The translations under genes and the position numbers were made by a program. Below, piece by piece: positions 7,355 to 13,679 of a DNA stretch of 13,679 nucleotides (position 1 is the stretch's first letter; every line of letters starts with the position of its first letter). A model generated the notes under the pieces. That model ran no database searches. It was not told where the DNA came from and saw only the letters and a list, made by a program, of their open reading frames with translations. Origin of the DNA: Candidatus Aenigmatarchaeota archaeon (GTDB taxonomy: Archaea > Aenigmatarchaeota > Aenigmatarchaeia > CG10238-14 > SCSR01); contig JAWBTW010000004.1 of the NCBI GenBank assembly GCA_039000165.1, positions 48,520-62,198 of the forward strand, read 5' to 3'.

Positions 7355-9424
7355 TCACCAAAGTTTAATAGATAAACCTAAACTGTAAAACATAGCTAAG
7401 CCTACGAAGGAAATAACACCATAAACTATGATAGCAACCATTAAAGTTTTTCCTATCGTGTAATCTCTTGCAACTTTATCAAAGCCATTCTCTATTCCGC
7501 TCAAAAGCATAGAAAGCAATGCTACAGTTTCAACAGTGTAAATACCTATTGCTGCTTGAAGGACTGTAAGTGGAACTACTGTTTGAAAGCTTCCAATCAA
7601 AATATCTATGAAATTTTCTCCTGAAGGTAAAAGTCCTAAACCCAAACTTTTTTGTATTTCTGCAAATCTTGTAGCAAGAATTTTTAGAATATAAATTATA
7701 AAAATCGTTAAAGAACCAATAATTCCACAAATTATTGGAACTATAAAGCTTGCCTGAAGTCTTATTGCTGAGCGCGTGTTCTCTAGCAACTCTCTTATCT
7801 TAAGCTCAATCCTATGAACATTATCTAAATAATTTGAGATTGTTTTTGCTATAACCCCAAGCAAAACAGTGCTTTTTTCAGAAGCATCTGATAAAACTCT
7901 CATTATATCTTCTATAAGTCGAGATGGATAATACCTTAAAACTCCGTGCGCTTCGTCAAACAAAGCTTTCCTGAAGGTCATTCCAAAATTTCTTATGTTT
8001 ATCAAAAGTTTTGTGAAAAAAGAATGAATAGCTCTAGTTTTCATCCCAAGTTTTTGATATTCTTCCAAACTTTTGTTTATCGCAACCTCTATAGGCATAC
8101 CTTCTGATAAAAAGTTTCCGATAGTTACTAAGCCTGTTCTAAACTCATCTTCTATATTTTTTATCTCGTTTCTTATTTTAATTCTTTGAAAACTTCTTAG
8201 ATAGAAATATGAAATTACCATAGCAGCAAAGCCTGCGGTTATAGAAAAAGTTGAGAGTAAGTTTTCTAATGTAAGGTCTGCTTCTCTTTCAAGTATTACT
8301 TTTTTATCTTCCGCTACCGAAAGAGCAGTATAAAGGTCAACAAAATGTATAATTCCATAAAACATTATGAGTAAGCCTATAAGAATCGAGAAGAAAATTA
8401 TTGGAACGTAAACCTTGGCGCTCCCTAACTTCAACACAAAAAAATCTTCTCTTGGTAGTTCAGGATGCTTAGAAATATCTGGAGAAATGAAAGCTCCTGG
8501 TCTTTTCTTTAATATCCTGTATATGAAAAAAAGGTTTAGCAGGGGTAAAAGAACTGTGTAACCTAAAATTAATTGATAAACATTTACTTGCTGGTTGAGA
8601 AAAATGGCTATCATAGGAAACATAACTATACCAATAGCTGGTAACATTATGCCAAAAATATGGATTAGAGTTAAAGGAGAAGAAATTTCTTCAACATAAC
8701 TTCTCATTCTCTCGTGAGTTGACTCAAGAATGTAATTTAAAGCTTTTATTAGAGTAGCTTCTCTTCTTTCTTCTGTAGCCTCTCTTAAAGTTCCGTACAA
8801 TAAATTTAACGAACGAACAAAATCTTCGTTCCAAATTGCCCATTTTGGCATGTAATAGCTTAAGGCTTCTTCAACTGTTGTATACTTTCCAACTTGCAAA
8901 TCCCACATAGCTTTTTTCATATCGTTTGTTATTGGCCCAGAAATGTGAGTAGTGACAAAGTTAACAGCGCCTTCAAAAGTTGGATTAAGTTTTAAATAAA
9001 TAACCATGTACAAGATTATTTTTATTGATTCATCCCCTGCCTGAATCCTAATAACTTGGGAAAGAAATGAAGGGTAAGTCAAGATGTACCAAAAGATTAT
9101 AAAAGGTAAAATTGAAAGAAAAATTAAGGTTACAAAATCTTGAATTATCAAGGAAAACAAGGCAAAAACTATAAAGGAAAGGATAAGAGCAAGGATTGAA
9201 GAAGAAAAAACTCCTTCTGGGCTTGTTACGAGAGAAGAAAATGCTATATCTGTTTTAAGTTTTTCTTCCAAACTTTTTGGAGGTTTTATCCTTAACTTTT
9301 CTCCTATTTTACAAAACTTTTCGTAAAAAGTTTGTGGTTTTCTTGTTTTTTGCTCAGCTAAAAGGAAATCCAAGTATTCCTTGGAAAAATACTTTTTTTC
9401 CTCTTCTTTTTTCTTTCTTATCAT
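7355..9424 (-). CDS. Type IV pilus/T2SS-F family membrane platform protein (TadC/FlaJ-like, two domains)
   Basis: About 690 aa with several TM clusters and two cytoplasmic T2SSF-like segments (YLKLNPTFEGAV...GPITNDMKKAMWDL...EEAL and IGNFLSEGMPIEVAI...GMTFRKALFD). ATG at 9424; the TTG at 9427 is an alternative. Confidence 0.85.
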   Translation of the reverse strand: MIRKKKEEEKKYFSKEYLDFLLAEQKTRKPQTFYEKFCKIGEKLRIKPPKSLEEKLKTDIAFSSLVTSPEGVFSSSILALILSFIVFALFSLIIQDFVTLIFLSILPFIIFWYILTYPSFLSQVIRIQAGDESIKIILYMVIYLKLNPTFEGAVNFVTTHISGPITNDMKKAMWDLQVGKYTTVEEALSYYMPKWAIWNEDFVRSLNLLYGTLREATEERREATLIKALNYILESTHERMRSYVEEISSPLTLIHIFGIMLPAIGIVMFPMIAIFLNQQVNVYQLILGYTVLLPLLNLFFIYRILKKRPGAFISPDISKHPELPREDFFVLKLGSAKVYVPIIFFSILIGLLIMFYGIIHFVDLYTALSVAEDKKVILEREADLTLENLLSTFSITAGFAAMVISYFYLRSFQRIKIRNEIKNIEDEFRTGLVTIGNFLSEGMPIEVAINKSLEEYQKLGMKTRAIHSFFTKLLINIRNFGMTFRKALFDEAHGVLRYYPSRLIEDIMRVLSDASEKSTVLLGVIAKTISNYLDNVHRIELKIRELLENTRSAIRLQASFIVPIICGIIGSLTIFIIYILKILATRFAEIQKSLGLGLLPSGENFIDILIGSFQTVVPLTVLQAAIGIYTVETVALLSMLLSGIENGFDKVARDYTIGKTLMVAIIVYGVISFVGLAMFYSLGLSIKLW

Positions 9425-9451
9425 CAATTAATTTTTGGCTTTTTCTTGAAT

Positions 9452-9478
9452 TAAATTTAAAAAAAGAAAGAAAAGAGG
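9452..9478 (-). terminator. U-rich archaeal terminator-like tract after alba
   Basis: The minus strand reads CCTCTTTTCTTTCTTTTTTTAAATTTA just after the alba stop. It may overlap a TATA-like TTTAAA about 30 nt upstream of the platform gene ATG. Confidence 0.5.
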
Positions 9479-9481
9479 ACA

Positions 9482-9772
9482 TTACTTTGCTAAAGTAATG
9501 TCTATGGTTGAAACGTTCACTTTTGTTTTGTCTTCTAGTTCTCTTTCCTCTGTTCCTATCTCTATTGATTTTATTTTTACTCCCTCGACAAACCTTCTTC
9601 TTACTATTTCTGCAACGTCTACTGCTCTACTAATAGCTTTTCCTCTTGCTTTTATGTGGACTTCTGGCTTTCCGTCAGAGAACTGAGTTATTACTCCTAG
9701 AACATAAGCCATAGAAGGTTTTCTTCCTACATAGATTACATTATCCTCAGTTTTTTCTTGCTTTTCTGCCAT
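9482..9772 (-). CDS. albA: DNA/RNA-binding protein Alba
   Basis: [21 protein letters not shown]...[25 protein letters not shown]...IEIGTE...[10 protein letters not shown] is the canonical Alba signature. Confidence 0.97.
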   Translation of the reverse strand: MAEKQEKTEDNVIYVGRKPSMAYVLGVITQFSDGKPEVHIKARGKAISRAVDVAEIVRRRFVEGVKIKSIEIGTEERELEDKTKVNVSTIDITLAK

Positions 9773-9779
9773 TTAAAAA

Positions 9780-9787
9780 CACCTCCT
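9780..9787 (-). promoter_or_regulatory. Shine-Dalgarno of alba
   Basis: AGGAGGTG 7 nt upstream of the ATG. Confidence 0.85.
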
Positions 9788-9834
9788 GTTTTTCTGGTTT
9801 TTTGAAAAAACTTATTTTTAATTTAGAGAAATAT

Positions 9835-9850
9835 CTTTAAAAGCTTTTCT
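9835..9850 (-). promoter_or_regulatory. Putative BRE-TATA promoter for alba in the divergent intergenic region
   Basis: Minus strand AGAAAAGC-TTTTAAAG: purine-rich BRE-like element followed by a TATA-like box, about 65 nt upstream of the ATG. The AT-rich background weakens the call. Confidence 0.45.
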
Positions 9851-9893
9851 TAATATTTTAAGTTTTCTCGAAGCAAAATAAAAAATAGAGAAA

Positions 9894-11300
9894 ATGGTAA
9901 AATGCCCTGTTTGTGATTCAGAGGCTACCCCTTATGTAACTTCAGAAGGCGAAAGAGGGTATGTTTGCTACCATTGTGGAAGTAGATGGAAAGAAACAAA
10001 ACCTGCTAAGAAGACTTCTACACTATCCTTTTTAGGATTTGCTGGAAAAAAAGGTGAGGAAAGCCAAACAGGAATTTTTTCCACCTCTATTCTTTTGAGG
10101 TTTTTAATTTTTCTCGCTGCTCTAATAGTTTCATCTATGCTGGTTCTGTTTTCACTTTTAGGGATGATTCAAAAAGAAATTGCAAAACTCTTCCCAGATT
10201 TCCCAACCTTACAGTATCTTCCTTATGTAGTATTTTTTCTCTTAACAGCTTACGCAGCTCATAAGCTTGCGAAAAAAAGTTTTGTTAGTGGTTTAATTTA
10301 TTGTTTTATCTTAATAATCATTTTAATTCTTGGTAGCGCATTGATAATAGAGCTGCCAAAAATTTTTCCAGGTTGGGCCAATCAAACTATTATCCCTAGT
10401 GATAACAAAGACACAATACCGCAAGCTATAAAAGAAGGTGGGTATTATACTTTTAATTTTAAATGGGGTAGTGAAGAAACCGAGTTCGAAAAAAAGTTTC
10501 CAAGACCTTTCAGGAAAGATAGCGAAACAATTTATACTTACAGCTTTCCTGTTACAATAGAAAACCCAAGTAGAAAGAAGAGTATAAAAGATTTTTACTT
10601 TTTAGAAACAACTGGCTTGTACAACACTTCTGACATGCTGTTCCATAAACTTTATCCAAATTTATGCACTGAAGATAAAAAGTGTGAAATAGCTCCTTTA
10701 GATAATTTGTTAATTACCTTAGATAGTAAAGGTGAAATAAGCTACAAATTCAATACCATAAGAATTAAAGTTTATACAAGTTTGTCTTCTGCAAGTTTTG
10801 GAAACAATACTTTTGTTTTTGTTAGATCCTTAGACGATGAAAAGATTGCACCAACTTATAAGCCTTACACAGGAGAAGGGCCTATTGATATAACTGTTTA
10901 CTTTGCCCCTGTCAGGTATAACTTTGGTTATATGACTGACGAAAAAATAAGAGTTTTTATCCAACTAAGAAATAGAGGCGACGGAACAGGAAAAATTAGT
11001 AAGATATATTTAACAAGAATCGGAAGCCTAGAACTTCTTGAAAAGCCTCAAACCTGCGAAGGTGTAGGCGGAGAGTATCCTCTTTCTTCCCTAGACGAAA
11101 GGAACGAATACTTTGAATTTGTTTCACCTTGGACATTAGCCTCATCTCCCCTCGTTTTTTTCTGTGATTATAGTATACCAGAAAAAATAAGAACAGAGAA
11201 AATATCTTCTCCTTTCGAAACAGTAGCTTTTGTAGTAAGCGTTGAATACACTTATGAAAGAATGCACGAAAAGGAAGTTAGGGCTATGGTTCCAACTTAG
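9894..11300 (+). CDS. Membrane protein: N-terminal zinc ribbon, about 3 TM helices, large extracellular beta-rich domain
   Basis: CPVC-x17-CYHCGSRWKE; three hydrophobic segments; C-terminal domain with alternating hydrophobic strands (FPVTIENP, IRVFIQLRNRGDG, FVVSVEYTY) and sequons NQT, NTS and NNT. Confidence 0.7.
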   Translation: MVKCPVCDSEATPYVTSEGERGYVCYHCGSRWKETKPAKKTSTLSFLGFAGKKGEESQTGIFSTSILLRFLIFLAALIVSSMLVLFSLLGMIQKEIAKLFPDFPTLQYLPYVVFFLLTAYAAHKLAKKSFVSGLIYCFILIIILILGSALIIELPKIFPGWANQTIIPSDNKDTIPQAIKEGGYYTFNFKWGSEETEFEKKFPRPFRKDSETIYTYSFPVTIENPSRKKSIKDFYFLETTGLYNTSDMLFHKLYPNLCTEDKKCEIAPLDNLLITLDSKGEISYKFNTIRIKVYTSLSSASFGNNTFVFVRSLDDEKIAPTYKPYTGEGPIDITVYFAPVRYNFGYMTDEKIRVFIQLRNRGDGTGKISKIYLTRIGSLELLEKPQTCEGVGGEYPLSSLDERNEYFEFVSPWTLASSPLVFFCDYSIPEKIRTEKISSPFETVAFVVSVEYTYERMHEKEVRAMVPT

Positions 11301-11331
11301 GTTTTTATTTAAAGAAAATAAAATTTTTAAT

Positions 11332-12057
11332 ATGGGAAAAGGCGACATTTCTCTAACTGCTATTATTTTTATTGTTTGCGGCATAGCAGTTTTTATTTTT
11401 GCTGCTGCTTGGGTTTTTAAAGTTCCTGGACTTTTTGGTCAGCTGTTGGGTTATATACAAACTGGTTTGATAGCTGTTGGTTCAACAATTTTAGATTTTT
11501 TAATGAAGATTTTTGGAAAATACTTTAGTGCTTTTGCCACGGCTCTGGGGGTAACTTTGAATGTTATTCTCCCAACATTAACTTTACAAGCAGTCTGGCC
11601 AGCTTTGAGTAGTGCTTTGAGTAGAGGTTGGCACATCTTAACTCAAACACATTTTTATGTGGGAAAAACTTTCTTTCAATCAAACTTTTTAGGGCGATGG
11701 AAATTAAGGCTAACAACATTGTGGAAATATTTCAAATCAGGAATAAGCAGACAGGCTATTATAAGCGGTATTAAAAACTTGATTAAAGTTTCTAGTACTA
11801 TGTTTTTTGTCAGCTTAGGTGCCGAGTTAATTTTAACCCATTTAGGCGTTCCTCAATGGATAGATAGTCTGAACTTGCCTGGACAAGGCTTTACTGTAGG
11901 GGGTTTTTCTTGGTCCTGGGGAAGTGCAATTACAGCTGCTGGAAGCACAGCTTTAGGTTTAGGTGTAGTAGCAGCGCTAAACTGGTGGAACCCTGTTGGT
12001 TGGGCAGCTGGTCTTATGATTGCTGGTTCATTCATAATAGGTGGTTTCATTCATTAG
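11332..12057 (+). CDS. Prepilin-like (KG|D) hydrophobic protein with amphipathic helices and a Gly-rich C-terminal hairpin; paralog 1
   Basis: True start probably ATG 11332 (MGKG|DISLTAIIFIVCGIAVFIFAAAW), which avoids overlap with the upstream gene; C-terminal AAGSTALGLGVVAALNWWNPVGWAAGLMIAGSFIIGGFIH. Confidence 0.75.
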   Translation: MGKGDISLTAIIFIVCGIAVFIFAAAWVFKVPGLFGQLLGYIQTGLIAVGSTILDFLMKIFGKYFSAFATALGVTLNVILPTLTLQAVWPALSSALSRGWHILTQTHFYVGKTFFQSNFLGRWKLRLTTLWKYFKSGISRQAIISGIKNLIKVSSTMFFVSLGAELILTHLGVPQWIDSLNLPGQGFTVGGFSWSWGSAITAAGSTALGLGVVAALNWWNPVGWAAGLMIAGSFIIGGFIH

Positions 12058-12841
12058 AGAAAAAAAATTTAACAAAGGTGACGTTAGCCTAGCAGCAATA
12101 ATAGCACTTTTTCTCGGAATTTTAATTTTTGTTGTCATGGTTGGTTATGCTTTCAAAATTCCTGGTTTAGGAGGACAGTATCTTGGGTATGTTTACAATG
12201 CTTTAAGCTTCGCTCTTTCAACTATTTGGGATTTTCTAGGAAAATTAATTGCACCTTTTATTAAAGAAGTACAAAAAGCTACTATCTGGGCTTTCTTAAC
12301 TGTAGGTATAACTCTTCCAGCTGTTATATCAATCAAGTATCTTTTAACTCACGGAGTTACACTCACATGGAAACAGGCTGTAAGAAATTTGTTCAAAATA
12401 TCTTTTTGGAAAGATGTAGGAAGTGCAGTAAAATCAAGTATTTCACACTGGTGGAGTAATGTAAAAGCTGCTTTTTCTTCAGGAATTTGGAAAGGAATAA
12501 AGTATGTAGGAAAATCTTTAATTACAAACGCCTGGAAAATAGCAACAGGTTTTGTCGTCGGCATGTGTGTTGAAATAGGAGTAACTTTCGCCTTAGATTA
12601 TCTGAGTTACAGCTTAGTTGGAAAAGGTTTTGCTCAAGCTATAAATGATATACTACCAGGAGGTGGAGTTTATCAAATTGGCGCAGTAAGTATTTCAGTA
12701 GGGCATGGCGTACAATCAGCAATCTCAGGAGCTGCTTCAGGTGCAGTGATAGGTGCTATGTTTGGTGGACCAATTGGCGCTGTAGTAGGTGCTGCTATTG
12801 GTGGGTTGGTTGGGCTCTTTACTGGCCTTTTCTTCCATTAG
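12041..12841 (+). CDS. Prepilin-like (KG|D) hydrophobic protein with glycine zipper; paralog 2
   Basis: KKFNKG|DVSLAAIIALFLGILIFVVMVG; FKIPGLGGQYLGY aligns with FKVPGLFGQLLGY of paralog 1; C-terminal GAASGAVIGAMFGGPIGAVVGAAIGGLVGLFTG. Confidence 0.78.
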   Translation: MVSFIREKKFNKGDVSLAAIIALFLGILIFVVMVGYAFKIPGLGGQYLGYVYNALSFALSTIWDFLGKLIAPFIKEVQKATIWAFLTVGITLPAVISIKYLLTHGVTLTWKQAVRNLFKISFWKDVGSAVKSSISHWWSNVKAAFSSGIWKGIKYVGKSLITNAWKIATGFVVGMCVEIGVTFALDYLSYSLVGKGFAQAINDILPGGGVYQIGAVSISVGHGVQSAISGAASGAVIGAMFGGPIGAVVGAAIGGLVGLFTGLFFH

Positions 12842-12872
12842 CTTAAAATAAAAGGAAAAATAAAATTTAATT

Positions 12873-13304
12873 ATGAAAGGAGATATGCCTATAGCTTATG
12901 TAGTTGCGTTGATACTAGGAATTGCAGTACTAGTGGCTTTAGGCTATTGGTTCTACACAACCGGAGGAAGACTAGGTCCTACCATATCGCAACAAGATTG
13001 CACAAGAGCTTTCCAACAACATTGTGAGGAATGGAAAAACTCAGGGTTTCTTGACCCAATGCCAGTAAAAGTAAGATGTACTGACTCGACAGCAAGAGCA
13101 TTGAAAAATGTTAACTACGGAGATGAGAGGGGAGACGCATGCCAGATATGTGGTTGTCAAGATACAACAAATTGTGGTGGCTGCTCTGGTAATTGGGCAA
13201 CCGTATACCTTGATGTCTCATCAGGCCAATGGTGGAATTATATAGCTCCAGGCTGTGCAGAAGCCTACGGAATTGAGATTAAGACTACATCAGACTGCGG
13301 ATAG
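12873..13304 (+). CDS. Prepilin (KG|D) with Cys-rich globular head
   Basis: MKG|DMPIAYVVALILGIAVLVALGYWFY; CTRAFQQHCEEW motif; ten Cys. Confidence 0.8.
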   Translation: MKGDMPIAYVVALILGIAVLVALGYWFYTTGGRLGPTISQQDCTRAFQQHCEEWKNSGFLDPMPVKVRCTDSTARALKNVNYGDERGDACQICGCQDTTNCGGCSGNWATVYLDVSSGQWWNYIAPGCAEAYGIEIKTTSDCG

Positions 13305-13326
13305 ACAAACTCAAATGTGAAAAACA

Positions 13327-13647
13327 ATGAAAAAAGGCTTGGCAATTCCAATCTATGTAGTAGTGTTAGTTCTATTGATAGGAATTATTGCAGTCGCGGC
13401 TATAACCATAATAATGAGCTGGCTTTCAGCAAACCGATGTATTGGTTTACAATCTTCTTGTGCTAATGCAAGAATCATGTTTTGTGAAAAATGGCATGAC
13501 CAATGTAGTGATTTTAACTGTAATGAACCAGAATGGGATAGTAGTTTAAAAACATGCGAACTAACAGAAACAGGAAAAGGAACTCAAGAAGTAGCTTGTA
13601 CAAAACCTAATGCAACAGAATGTTCGGAAGCCTTTAAGGAAGATTGA
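13327..13647 (+). CDS. Prepilin (KG|L) with Cys-rich head
   Basis: MKKG|LAIPIYVVVLVLLIGIIAVAAITII; CANARIMFCEKW motif; eight Cys. Confidence 0.8.
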   Translation: MKKGLAIPIYVVVLVLLIGIIAVAAITIIMSWLSANRCIGLQSSCANARIMFCEKWHDQCSDFNCNEPEWDSSLKTCELTETGKGTQEVACTKPNATECSEAFKED

Positions 13648-13648
13648 A

Positions 13649-13679
13649 ATGAAAGCACAAGCAAAAATTGTTGATATGC
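13649..13679 (+). CDS. Start of another probable prepilin (MKAQ...), truncated by the window end
   Basis: ATG 1 nt after the previous stop: MKAQAKIVDM. It has the same MKAQ leader as two minus-arm genes; the hydrophobic segment is not visible. Confidence 0.55.
   Translation, partial: MKAQAKIVDM

Noticed and set aside
7355..9424. Archaellum (arl/fla) operon
   Set aside because: No archaellin-like N-terminus and no ArlH/ArlI/ArlF/ArlG recognisable; the context is pilin-like, so no flaJ symbol was assigned.
7530..9686. ORFs 7530-7730, 9277-9498 and 9498-9686
   Set aside because: Nested in or antisense to the platform gene and alba.
9894..9995. Transcription factor S or RpoM
   Set aside because: Lacks the acidic catalytic hairpin and is fused to TM helices.
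11242..11331. Track start of the 271-aa ORF at 11242
   Set aside because: It overlaps the upstream gene by 59 nt. ATG 11332 gives a short MGKG|D leader matching its paralog and neighbours.
11142..12564. ORFs 11142-11384, 11451-11636, 11853-12050, 11910-12092 and 12349-12564
   Set aside because: Shadow or alternate-frame ORFs over the plus-arm genes.
11332..12841. Phage tape-measure protein or provirus interpretation
   Set aside because: The W/K amphipathic and Gly-rich segments are reminiscent, but the proteins are short, carry prepilin-type leaders, and no viral genes are nearby.
11301..12872. TATA-like AT runs in short intergenic gaps (11301-11331 and 12842-12872)
   Set aside because: Indistinguishable from the AT-rich background without transcription-start data.

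Overview
AT-rich archaeal window. The gene content (Alba, a double-domain TadC/FlaJ platform protein, class III signal peptides, GGAGGTG/GGTGA ribosome-binding sites, Cys-rich surface repeats) suggests a DPANN lineage such as Aenigmarchaeota; this taxonomy is an inference. Almost the whole window is one divergent type IV pilus-like (TFF) locus centred on alba. The minus arm (9424 to 223) encodes a 690-aa TadC/FlaJ-like membrane platform, eight pilin-like genes and one Sec-secreted membrane-anchored Cys-repeat protein. Several pilin-like genes carry cargo: a knottin plus metzincin protease, a vWA/MIDAS domain, and a Cys-rich region with a poly-proline tail. The arm is followed by a partial pcm gene that the ORF track missed. 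The plus arm encodes a Zn-ribbon/3TM/beta-rich protein, two paralogous prepilin-like proteins fused to cationic amphipathic helices and glycine-rich hairpins (pore-former/translocator-like), two small Cys-rich pilins and the start of another MKAQ prepilin. No assembly ATPase or prepilin peptidase is recognisable in the window. Two genes appear to start at ATA. Working hypothesis: a host-contact pilus that combines adhesion, surface proteolysis and membrane insertion. No CRISPR, tRNA/rRNA or mobile element was seen.
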